From the NCBI GenBank assembly GCA_027604505.1, contig JADIIX010000026.1, positions 1 through 64,000 of the forward strand: DNA of 64,000 nucleotides, given 5' to 3'. The translations under genes were made by a program, and so were the position numbers. The DNA is from Gonapodya sp. JEL0774 (Eukaryota). Under the pieces are notes generated by a model. The model searched no databases. It saw only the letters and a list, made by a program, of their open reading frames with translations, and had not been told where the DNA came from. Shown here in pieces: positions 12,901-26,800 of this stretch. The first letter of the stretch is position 1. Each line of letters starts with the position of its first letter.

Positions 12901-14049
12901 GTGACCGCGGACCGGAGCTGGGATGGAACGCCAGTGGGTGTGGGCCTGCCGGGCGGCGGGGAGGAGGGAAGTGAGGTCGGTGGGGGAGGCCTGGGTGGAG
13001 GGGGAGGAAACAGGTAGGGGAGGGGGGGGTGGGGGGTGAAGGGAGAAGGTAGGGGAGGGGGTGGAAGAGGGAAGAGGGAGAGGGAACGTGAGAGCTCGTT
13101 GGTTGAGGCCGGTTCAAAGCGGGTGGAAAATACGAGTCTGACTGCCGACTCGGCCACGACCCGACGCCGACCCGGACCTGAGCCGCTCTCGACCAGACCC
13201 GCCCCCCGCACCTGAGCCGCGCTCGACTCGACCCCGACCCGCACCTGACCCAACCCGCACCTGACCCGTCGCCGACCCGGCCACGACCCGCCCCGCCCTC
13301 GACCCGACGCCGACCCGCACCTGACCCGACCCCGACCTGGTCCCGACCCTGCCAAGACACGGATCTGGTGCCCGACGGGTATCACAACCCGGGGTCCAAA
13401 CCTGCTTCAACGGTCAATCCAGTGCAACCTCGGACACCAACACGGAGTGTCTGGACCATGTGGCAAAAGGGGGGAGGAAAGAACGACAGGGGCAGATGGG
13501 TACTCACAGTGGATATGGAAGCGAGGATGTTTCCGGTTGCTGGGTTGATTGAGTGGATGACCTGGGTTGTGCGGGGTGTGTTTGGTGTGTTTGGTGTGTT
13601 TGGTGTGTGGGTGTTTGGGTGTGGGGGCCGCGAATGTGTGGTGTGTGTGACTCACAGGACCAGAACCCCCCCACTCCCCATTGAAGACCCCCGGGTTTGC
13701 CTATGGGGATGAAAACAGAGGATAAAAAATGGCAAAAAAAAACAAAGAAGGAGGCATTGAAACTGAGCAAGGACAGAGGAGAAGGAGATGCAGGGAGAAG
13801 GAAGGACACGATATGACATAAGAAAGACAGAATCCGACAACGCACCCTTTGGATTCCGAGTTTTGCGAACAAATCAGCGTGTTGATTGAACTCGTGGGTG
13901 ACGTCAGAGTGAGACGATGCAGCTGCGAAAGAGCGGGCGAGAGAGCGCGGTGCAGGGGCAGCGGCGAGTGGGGAGCGATGGGAGACGCGTGGGAGACCGC
14001 GGGAGTGGACGAGTGGGAGACACAAGAGCGGACGGGAGACACCGGACAT
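9986..14049 (-). CDS. ALDH7A1: Aldehyde dehydrogenase family 7 (antiquitin / alpha-aminoadipic semialdehyde dehydrogenase), multi-exon
   Basis: Motifs [85 protein letters not shown] and LPLAQGISF are present. The N-terminus resembles a mitochondrial presequence. Confidence 0.93.
13102..13411. mobile_element. Possible non-autonomous DNA transposon (MITE-like) inside an ALDH7 intron
   Basis: Many dispersed GACCCGAC/CACCTGACCC motifs are bounded by an imperfect 13-bp inverted repeat (GTTGAGGCCGGTT ... AACCTGCTTCAAC). No clear target-site duplication. Confidence 0.4.
13576..13625. repeat. Intronic (GTGTTTGGT)n tandem repeat
   Basis: Tandem copies are directly visible. Confidence 0.7.
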
Positions 14050-15373
14050 GAAAGTGCGGCTCTCCGTCCACAGTGGGCGTACACCGCCGCCCATCACACC
14101 CAGCACAGAAACCCAAACAGGGCCGAATCCATCGACGCCCATTCCACGGTGAATAACACTGCTGCCTGCCGATATTCTGACTCCGCTTCTCGCCCGCATC
14201 GTGCCGCCCTGCATTCCTGTTCTCTGTACGCCCGTTTCGCTGTACCTGCCCGCTCCATTGGTCAGGGTCCAAACCACAAACAGTGACTCACCACCACCAT
14301 GCAAACCAATTTAATGTAATGAATCTTGATGCTCTTCGCAAATCAACATGTGGATTTTGACACGTTGAGCTGTTCCATGTTACACTCGCATTCCACGACA
14401 TTGTCTGCCGGCCCTGGGAGATGGAAACCGCCCACATATTATGTAACATATACTACGTATGTAATATATCAGAGGAAACAGTTGCCGCACCGCACACCAC
14501 GAGCTGCCGACTTTCATAAAGCAGTAATACCTATTGCCGGCACTCGATCGGGCATAAGTGAATAACATCATATGATGAACGAAGTGCAACAAAAACCGAC
14601 AACAGAAACCAGTCTTTACTTTATCACCTATACGAACTGCAGTTTTTCAGCGTTTCTGAGCCTGTACGGGCCTGTCGGCTGGATTATCTTAGTTCCTGTC
14701 CCGGACTCGCAAAGGTGGACCAACATCACAACCAGGCAGCACAGTCATTGCCACCGCCGCAAAGGGCACAAGTGGAAAATATATACATACATACATTCCA
14801 TGAATCACATGTGCTCATGCACTCTCACTCCGCGAAACACCAGGACATACACAGAGATCACAAGCTACTTGATATGTAATGTTCGCCCAAGTTTCCCCGA
14901 TACATATCCGGTTGATATATCTATGTTATCCACCTATGTCCTGTTGGGCGTTGGCAATGAGACTACTTTTTTAAGTCGGCAGCTGACTCTTCGCGAGTAA
15001 CCAGAAATCGGCAACACTCGCCAGGTAGCAAGTAATAAACGCGACTAACAATGTAAAAGTAACTTCGAGTCGACTTGGTACAGACAAACCATGAGCAAGT
15101 TGAGAAATCGAATCTTGTCAAGTAGGAGTAACAGGAATTCCAGACTCTAGTTGTCGAAATCAAGTGTCCTGTTTGCCACGCGGAGATCCCATACTACATG
15201 TTTGAACGTACCGTTAATATATTTGTTAAGCATCGAGGTTTTCGTAGACCTGCACAACACAACATATCCGGATAATAATACAGTACACCGCTGAAACGGA
15301 ATAAAAGTCACCTCCGCCGACCCATGATATCCTGCTTCTCTCTCTTCCGCGACCAGTCTCTCCGTGACGGACG

Positions 15374-16683
15374 ATGCGCATTCTCTCTCTTTCCCAACTG
15401 ACGCTGACGTTGACGCTGATCCTCGCCGGAATCGCGAGCCGTGGGTCTGCTGCCTTCACCAAAACCAACGTGACCGCCCTGGAGAGACGTGGCAACTGCC
15501 CGAACGAGGACATTTGTGTGCAGGCCGTCAGCACCCTTTGGAACACGGCGGGGGCATGTATGGCCTGGGTCAACCTGGTGTAAGTGTTGTCCTCGTCTTT
15601 GCTTGGCCAGCAGGATTCACACTCCTCAGGCACCGCGGACCTGACAATGGTCACATACGATTTTCCAATCAGATCGGAAAATCCTGCCGCGGTTGCAAAG
15701 GCGGTTGCGAAGTTGACGACAACTTATGCGGGTTCGTGTGGCGTGTCGGTCCACCGAGGTGTGAACTACGACAGGCTGACCCCGTTCGTTTGCACCTCGC
15801 CCCGATCCAGATTGCTACCTCGGTGTTCGATCATCGACGGAGCTTATTTTGAAAATCGTTACGGAAAAGCTATGCAATACGTGTGCCACGTACTACAAGG
15901 ACCAGCTCACAAAGAACATCTGTCCCATCGTACAGGTTCGTAACCCCCTCGAGGGCATCCTACGAGCTCAACCTGACTCTTTTGTGTGCAGCTGATCAAC
16001 GATGGTGACGTCACCAACGCGTTCGCCACGGACCAGTTCAAAGCCACCCTCAGCTACTGCGGAATTACCGGCAAACGCGGCCTCAAGTGCCCCTCTGACA
16101 AGGAACAGAATGGGGCATTGTGTTACCCCTGGTGTCAGTCTGGCTACAAAGGTGTGGGTCCCGTCTGCTGGGAGAACTGCCCGGGGGGTTGGACGGACAC
16201 GGGGGCGTTTTGTAGCACCGCACCGGTACGTGATTTCACTTCATTCGAGATAGAAAGATTGTTTTGGGACTTAGCGTGTCACACAACCTTCAACAGGAAG
16301 TGTATGGGAAAGGCTGGTAAGTGGCACATTACCTCCGGCGTCGATCTCTCTGACCAAAGCTTACTTCGCACGCAGCTGCTGCGTCAATTTGGGGTGAGTA
16401 TTTTGAACGAACTTCTTCGATGTAGCTGTTTTCCACAAGTTCGATCGCCGATCCTTTTCCGCCAGGTTCTGGAAAAACGGTTGCTGTGGAAACTGCCGAG
16501 GAGGATTCCGAGACGATGGTGAGTCAATTAGTCATACATACTCGTGAGTACTGTATTTACCACGAACCAACCTGACTCCGCCGATACGTCCTCAATCACT
16601 CAGGATGCACTTGTTTCAAAGATATGCAAACGATTGCAAAGAAGACGTACACGAGACCTTCGTCCACGTTGGAATGGATCTAA
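15374..16683 (+). CDS. Secreted cysteine-rich protein, about 8 exons including micro-exons
   Basis: Hydrophobic N-terminus, an LERR dibasic site, and the module CPSDKEQNGALCYPWCQSGYKGVGPVCWENCPGGWTDTGAFC. Micro-exons give GKGCCCVNLGFWKNGCCGNCRGGFRDDGCTCF; stop TAA at 16681-16683. Confidence 0.8.
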
Positions 16684-16918
16684 GGTTGAGAGGCACTTCT
16701 CCTGATTTGCCATCCCGGGTGTGCTTTTTTGGTGTATACATGTTTCTTTTGCGTAGATTATTTTCAGTCTCTTGATAATGACAATCAACTCTGTTGTCAA
16801 ATATGTCCACACTGAGTTTGGTAATAAAGGCTATGGGGAAATTGTTCCATTGTGTCGGCGAACCAACACGAGAGGGAGAAACTTTGAATGTTGGAAGCGC
16901 CGACATAGCACTACCTAC

Positions 16919-17096
16919 TGTGATTTTGTTGTCACCGGGAAGATTGGTTGAGTCTCACGGGCAACACCTATGATCGTCCAGGAGCCTCGATCACGGAAAT
17001 ACTAAGGATTTGGGATTCTCGTGTTCTTATTCCACAGACAGCAAACTCATATTGTGATTTTTTTTTTCTCCGGGAAGATCGGTTGGAGTGTCATGG
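16919..17096. repeat. Degenerate direct repeat pair (16919-16961 and 17053-17096)
   Basis: TGTGATTTT...CCGGGAAGAT(T/C)GGTTG(G)AGT(C/G)TCA occurs twice. Confidence 0.65.
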
Positions 17097-17187
17097 ACGG
17101 TAGTTTTCGTTCAAAGTTCGTGCTGGTGCACTGTTGCCGCTCTCTAGCTCTTGATCGCCACCACAATATCGGTCCTTGTCATCATCC

Positions 17188-18056
17188 ATGAACTGTGCCC
17201 CGACAACGGCACAACAAGCTCACGCTCACCAACCCATCTCGCCAAGCTTTGGAAACTTGTTGCCTGAAATAGGAAACCAGATCTCGAGGTGAACGCCGTC
17301 GCGGCGTGGCTCACCCACTCGTTGGAGGTTGATCAGAAAACACCACCAAACCACACCAGTTTCCTCTTCTCCAACCCACATGACCTCGAATCGCTCTCTC
17401 TCGTCAACTGGAACTGGTGCGTTTTCCAGTGGGCTGTCGCGTGCCGGTGCCGGTTCGCACTTCGCCACCCAACTGTGTTCTTTCACACGTACGCGCACAC
17501 GTCACACGATTCCGCTTGATTTCCCAGGCATGAGATTGTTGATAATCACCCCACGTGGCGCAAGGTGCTGGATAAGGTGGAGATCGGGGAGTGGATGGCC
17601 GATAAAGTTTGTCCACCATCTGTCCTGTAAGTTTCCCCACAATCAACCCTGCGAAGGGGGAGGAGAGCATACACGCGGCAATGGAGATTATACCACACAC
17701 CACACCATCCCTGATCTAGATCACCAATGTCTCAACTCCTCCGTCGCTTGAAACGCGCCTCTTTGTGCTGGATCTGTAAACGGTCAGCGCTTTGCATCAT
17801 CACCCTGCACAACTTCCGTGTCGAGAAGTACAAGCGGCAATTCATTCCCACACTCAACTACGATTCACTTGGTCGAATATTTCCCCGGTGCACCGGATGC
17901 GTCCCACTCAGCAGCCAGGGCGGGGGAAGGCGAGTGTGTCGCAAATGTGAGAACCCGGCGGCAATGTTCTGTCGTAACGTTATGTGCAAAGCGTGCTGTC
18001 CAAACCAGCACACGGTGACGACAAAGAGATGTAATGTCGTGGCGTATTATAAATAG
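17188..18056 (+). CDS. F-box protein with C-terminal Cys-rich zinc finger, 4 exons
   Basis: Splicing yields FGNLLPEIGNQISSFLFSNPHDLESLSLVNWNWHEIVDNHPTWRKVL (F-box pattern). The last exon ends with CRKC-x7-C-x4-CKACC. Confidence 0.75.
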
Positions 18057-18562
18057 GGTGGAACGTTGGGTAGCACGACAAGACATGGTTGTCTCGTGGG
18101 GGGACATATGGAGAATTCAATAGTGAAGATCAGATGAACAGCCAATTAAAGAGGGGAACCGGCATATATGATCTGTGAATCCATATTTCAAACTCTGTCA
18201 GTTTCTCCTTTTTTGGGCAAGTTTGAACGCTTATGACCACAGCATTCTGGTTGAACCGCTGTCGGATTCCCCCTCTGGTTTCAATCCTTCTTTCCAGCGA
18301 AAGGTCCTCTTCCCGTATCTCTGAAGCTCACCGCTCCGTCTGGCGCTCCACAAGACGTCTGCCGGCCCGCTCAGGCTTTCGCAGGGCGAAGAACATGCAT
18401 GGAAGCGGTATTTTGGAGACCTGCAACGCCTGATTCGCGTTGGGCGCTCGCTCAGTCCAACCTCACTCGCCCCACTGTCCCTTGGTAACCGTCTGCGTTA
18501 ACCGGCCGCACCGCGGAGATTCCTCATCGCCGTAAGAGTGGTCATATATCTCCGAATGTGCC

Positions 18563-19213
18563 ATGCTGGAGGCTGCGAGAGATGTGGGTCGCCCAGTGCA
18601 GCCGCTCGTTTATCGACCGTCGTTTCCTCCGTTTCCTCCCATAATTATGCACCATATCGTGGCCCAGATGCACGAGCTATGTGTACGTGTAAAGATTACG
18701 CGATCTTTGGCCTTGATTGGTGAGTTTCCGTGCATCCGCGGTTCCTGGGCTTCCCGGCGCAATTCGCGTTCTCGTTTTCTTCTTCTCAAACGCGAACATG
18801 TTCTGCGTTGGGTTTATTATGTATTTCTGTAGGTCATACACTGCCAGACATTTGTTGTTGCCGGGTTTGCGTTCTCTTGTTGGTTCCGCGAATGTGTTTC
18901 GAGGTTCACTTCCTCATCTATGGTCCCTCCCATTGCTCACTAGTACCCTCACTTTCTTCCACGAACTGTCTTGTCTCAAAGCACAAGAGAGCTAGCGTTA
19001 ACGAGTCCCCCCGCTGGCAGCTTCGTTCGCCTGGTGCGTTCTGGGATTGATATTCGGGGTCCTGTCCACATTCACCGTGGCACAATCCCGCCCGTAGTTC
19101 TCAACTCTGCGATTGGTTTACTGAGAGGGGCAGCGATCACACATCTAATGGTCGGGCGGCGCTCGGACTTTCGGGTCCTCGTAGTTTGCATGCCGTTGGA
19201 TCGGACTTATTGA
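18563..19213 (+). pseudogene. Possible decayed F-box-like gene
   Basis: An FPPFPPIIMHHIVAQM segment and a clean GTGAGT...TAG intron are present, but the frame is inconsistent across the junction. Confidence 0.25.
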
Positions 19214-19698
19214 ACAGTCGTGTGGTGCATCGCTCCTTGATGACGTACGCACCGAGAGCAGAGGGACGGAGCAGGCGACGGCGGGTGTAGATAAGAAGAA
19301 TGACTGGATCATTGGTGAGCTTTTACAGGTTCACGTCCCACTGTTGGGCTTTACTTATGATAATCGGTAACTTCGCTTGCAATCTCTTTCCTCGTCAACG
19401 AGAACCGCAACAACCAATCAGCACACAACGTGTTTATTCACCTTCGAGAAAGATTTGCTTACTCGGTGAGTTCCGATATTGATGTTCCAATTCCTGCTCT
19501 GAATTCCGGTGTTTCACCGACCTGGGGGCACTGCATTGTGGACACGAAGACATCTTTAATTCATAGAGTCATAGAGTCTGTAAATACTTTAGTTACTTTG
19601 TGATGGGTGTCTGCCCAATACAATGCCGCAACCAATCATCACAGCTGGTTCTAAGGTTTAGTTATTTCTAGAGGGAAAAGAAGCAATACCGAGAAATT

Positions 19699-20917
19699 TT
19701 AGAAAACCATCTGACTGTCTGCTTTGAAATCTATTACTGATGTGTCCATTCCTGTTTGATCACCATGCGCCAAGTCGGCCAGCACCACCACTATCACCGA
19801 CCCCACTGAATTCTCATATTCCTTCACAGCGGCTGCAATGATCTCTTCCTTGCACCTGTTTCTGTTTGCATTGCGTGTGATCCCCGCTGTTGCTAACCCC
19901 ACTATCCACGCTCTCGGAGTCTCATCTCAATGCATTGCCTTAGGGTCCACCGCCCACTCTCAATTGAGTCCCTTATATGCCGTGGCCAGTCGGTGTAGCT
20001 TCCATTTCCATCAGAATGTTTTCCAGTCAACTCAGATACCGGCCAAAGATGTAAATCTGGCATTCGGGACGGACACTTTGGGTACCATTCCTGAAACTCA
20101 ACTCGCGCGTGATAGAAGCGTAGTGCTCTTTGATGAACAACGGTCTTCAGAGCTTCCATGAGCTCCTCGATGACCTGACTTTTTTCTGCATCATAACCCA
20201 ACTGTGCCGTGTACTGCAGGTCCTGCAAAGCGAGAGTTTTTGCAATGGCGGTATCGAAGGAGGCAAGGTCCAAGCGCGGGTGCATGTAGTTGTTCTGAAT
20301 TGAACGTGCAGCTGCTGAGATATTGCTGCAACCTCCACCTACCTTGGCCGCCAAACCGTCTAACTGCCTCTTCCCACACTAACGCAATGTAATATTGTCC
20401 CTTCGTGACGCCTTTCCCCTCCATTCACAATCGAATTTTTTTCTCTGTTATCCCTGTGTTGCGCTCCAGATCATATGAGCTGGGCGTCATAAGGTCCTCA
20501 TGGGTGCGGCAGAGCGCGGTTTTCACGTCAGAAGGTTCCCGCGAAGATAAACAAAGCAGGCAGCGGGAGTCAAGACAGCAAAAAATGATGTTTGGGAGGG
20601 AAATTGTGCGAAGGAGGTGAAGTGACAGGTCCAAAGAGCAGCTCTTGGCCAGTGCCCAGTCGCCTAATGTTCTCGAAGGGCATCATCATCTTATCTGTTG
20701 AGAAGGTCCTACTAACGACGTAGGAGCGGATGGCCGCAAAAAGCTGACTGGCGTTGAGGTGCGACACGACGAACGAATCTTTGGGTAGCAGAATTCGAAC
20801 CAACAGTTCGAGTGGGAGCAATGACAGGGCCGGACGAGCAGGAGCACGGCGATAGGATTGCTGTTCTTGCTCTTGCTCTTGCGCATTCGGTCTCCCGCGA
20901 GAGCGCTTTGCACGCAT
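19699..20917 (-). pseudogene. F-box-like gene with frameshifts and an in-frame stop (pseudogene or assembly errors)
   Basis: Starts with the F-box-like LSLLPLELLVRIL. Coding-like segments continue across frame changes (~20635, ~20350) and an in-frame TGA at 20425-20427. Confidence 0.5.
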
Positions 20918-21298
20918 TTGTGTATCTGTTTGATTCACCCCCGACTGGTATTATGTCTCAACATTGGGCGGTGGCACAGCCAGTCGCCTGGAACAACCGG
21001 ATCCCCCTCCCCTGCCCCCAACCTGTTTCCCACCAAAAAAAAACTATCGGCAGGCTCTTTTTGAGCTGAAGACACCAGCCGAAAAGGCTCCGATCCTCAC
21101 TAGGTACAGGAAGTTTTTGGTCCAAGGGACAATTACGATAATGTGCAAAGACGAACTGGTGCTACTCATGCTAATTGTTCGTCTCTAGCCATGTCAGGAG
21201 CAAGATGGTAATAATCATGGAGAACGATAATATGTGCAAGCAAACACCGAACAAAGCTGGACCAAAGGGACCAACCTTTCAAGAAGTTCGCCCACGCA

Positions 21299-23451
<2,153 letters not shown>

Positions 23452-23885
23452 ATACACCCCCCCAAAAAATCTTGTTTAGAATGCTGTATAAATGCTCTTT
23501 TCATGGTGGTGGATCAAGCACAAATTTTGTTTAGGATTGAACTGAATGGTTGCAAAAAAGGTCTGTTGTTGGTTGGTTTCTCTTTCCTTGTTCAACGAGC
23601 GTTCTTTTCACGTATTTTATTTTGCCAATCACGCGGGCCTTAACGCCCCACACGCTGTGTCCTCCCCGTACTGGGCTTATCACGCATTGCATTTCCCGAT
23701 CCACGGTCGCGCAGGCGTCTCCGGTTATCACTTGGTTGTGTTCGGCAGTGACCGTACCACCATTTGGGCGAGGGTCATCAGCGCAACCTCATTCAAAAGC
23801 CCGATTCATTTCGTTTCCGACAACTTCAAAGGGCATTGCTGCTCAAGGAATAGGATTTGGTGGTGTTAGAGAAGTATCAACTGCG

Positions 23886-26800
23886 ATGGAATCGAAAGAG
23901 GTCAAGTCGGTAAGTGGAACCAAGATTTGGACGCAATGAAAAGTTCTCTCTGGCCGATCGATATCACGATTGATACCACGTCGATTTTTCTTCTGGGGCC
24001 TTCGCTTTGCCAAAAAGACAGTCAAGCGTGACACCCTCGTTGCACTGGAGAAAGATGCACAGCAATACTGGGATGAAATTCGTGCTTTTGAGGTCGACCC
24101 ACCTAATGCCGGAGAGGCCGACCCGGACAAGTTTTTCACTACCTTTCCCTACCCATATATGAATGGACGTCTGCACTTGGGACACTCGTTCTCAATGTCG
24201 AAATGCGAGTTCGTGGTTGGCTATCAAAGAATGAAGGGGAAGAAGGCGCTATGGCCGTTTGGGTTTCATGTGACGGGAATGCCGATCCGGGTGAGTGGAA
24301 GTTCGATTGCCAGTCACACGCGTCATTAACCGACCGAGTACTCGTCCAGGCAAGTGCGGACAAAATCGCGCGTGAAGTGGAAAAGTTTGGGCCCATGTTT
24401 GAGAAGTACATTGATGAGTCCGATGACACAACGAAGGACAGTGCCAATGCCCCCAAACAGGTATTTTGCCATCTGCCCCGCACTTTGCAACCCGTACTCA
24501 TGTACAGGCTCATAGAAAAGTAAAGTAGCGGCAAAAACTGGAGGCTTGAATTATCAGTTCCAGATCCTGAGGGAGATGGGTGTTCCATTGGAGGAGATTC
24601 ACAAATTTTCAGACCCTCTCCATTGGCTTGACTTTTTCCCACCACTGGCTATCGTGGGTGACTCGAGTAACTTCTTGCCGCCTTGGGGAAGCTTGAGACT
24701 GATGCACTTTCGCGTTTCTCAGGATGATCTGAAAGCCCTGGGAATGAAGAACGATTGGCGCCGAACCTTCTTGACAACCGAGGCCAATCCTTACTATGAC
24801 TCTTTTGTCCGCTGGCAGTTCAACAAGTTATATCACTCTCCAACCCCTCGGGTGAAGTATGGCGAACGCTATACTATTTTCTCTCCGTTGGATGGGCAAC
24901 CTTGCATGGACCACGACCGTGCCTCTGGTGAAGGTGTGGGCGTGCAAGAGTACACAGGTATAAAAATCAAGGTCTTGTTCGATAAGCTCGCTGAGTCGAC
25001 AGACGAAGTCAAAGGGAACCGTGTCGGAGCTAAGATTCTGCAAGCGCACCAGGCCGGACCCCTGAAGGACCGCAACCTGTTTTTGGTTGCTGCCACTCTC
25101 CGGCCAGAGACTATGTACGGGCAAACCAATTGTTTCGTCTCGCCTGACATCACCTACGGTGTTTTCGAAGTTGGTGACGATGAAGCGTGGATTGTCAGTA
25201 ACCGCTCAGCGAGAAACATGGCTTTCCAGGCGCTATTGAAGAAGCCGCGTGGTGAGATCAAAAAGATTATGGACGTTGGGGGCTGGGATCTGGTTGGCGT
25301 ACCGGTCAAAGCCCCTCTGTCCAAGTTCGATCATGTGTATCTGCTGCCTATGGAGGGCATATTGGAGACCAAAGTATGACGATTTCCGTCGTGGGTGGGA
25401 AGATTTTTGGTTATTCATTGGTGTTTGTTGTTCTGTCATTAGGGCACGGGTGTTGTCACATCAGTTCCATCTGACTCTCCCGATGACTACATTACCTTGA
25501 TGGACTTGGCGAAGAAGCCCGCTTTCTATCACGTCGATGCTGACAAATGGGTCAAACCTTTCTTACCTCCTCTGCCGTTGATCCGCCTGCCCACATGGGG
25601 CGACATCGGTGCCGTGAAGGCTGTCGAGCACTTCAAAGTCAAAAGCCAAAAGGACAAGAAGGAGCTGGCAGAAGCAAAGGAGGCCCTGTACAAGGAAGGG
25701 TTTTATCAGGGTATAATGATATACGGACCTTACTCTGGAAAGTGAGTTTTTCATATCTCGGCTGCTGAATATTTGAGTCCCTGGAACTGGTCTCTGTGGC
25801 GCAAAGACCATAGTCCATATGATGAGCTTAAACAAAATTTTAACTTTCGTTCTTCCGAGATTTCTTGCGGAGAAATGTTTTACTCTGATTCTTCACAAGA
25901 CTTGTTGTTGGAGTGTTGCATTCAGTTGTAGTTCGGTGAAGAGTGCACAACCTCACCTCCTTCCCGTCGAATATTTGCAGGCCAGTTCAAGAAGCGAAGC
26001 CTCTGGTCCGGAGCGATCTGATCAATGCTGGCGACGCGATAGTCTACTGTGAGCCAGAGAACCGTGTCGTCAGTCGATCCGGAGATGAATGCGTTGCGAG
26101 CCTGGTCGACCAGTGGTACATGGACTACGGCGATGAGGAGTGGACAGCTTTAGCCAAAAAGTTGGTAAAGCTCGGATGCGACCGTTGTCCATATCATATG
26201 AATTGCAATTCCATTTTTCAGATGTCTGAGTCAGATGAACACCTATGGAAGCGAAACGCGAAACGGCTTCGAGAAAACCCTCGAGTGGCTGCACGAGTGG
26301 GCCTGCTCGCGGACCTACGGATTGGGAACCAAGTTGCCATGGGACACGAAGTGGCTCATTGAGAGTTTGTCCGACTCCACCATTTACATGGCTTACTACA
26401 CGGTGTGTCATCATCTGCACGGTAGGTTGGCGTGTTACCGTCGAATTCCAGATGCAGTGAATTGAACGGAACGCATTTCTCTTGCCAGCTGACATTCGGG
26501 GCAGGGAAGTCGGGCCGTTGGGAATACGTCCAGAGGAAATGACGGACGAGGTTTGGGAATACGTCTTGATTGACAACGCGAAAACACCAGAATTTTCCAA
26601 AGTTCCACTGGAACGTCTGAACAAGATGAAGAAAGAGTTCCAGTATTGGTACCCGATGGACCTTCGTTGTTCCGGGAAGGATTTGATTCCGAACCACCTG
26701 TCCTTTTCGATTTACAATCACGTCACGATATTCCCCGAAAGCCGTTGGCCGAAAGCCTTCCGTGCCAACGGCCACCTGCTGCTGAATGGGGACAAGATGT

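Noticed and set aside
14572..14659. ATGATGA...CTGA pair resembling a C/D snoRNA
   Set aside because: No terminal stem and no recognisable guide sequence.
20425..20427. In-frame TGA as possible selenocysteine
   Set aside because: No redox motif context, and nearby frameshifts point to decay; no SECIS recognised.
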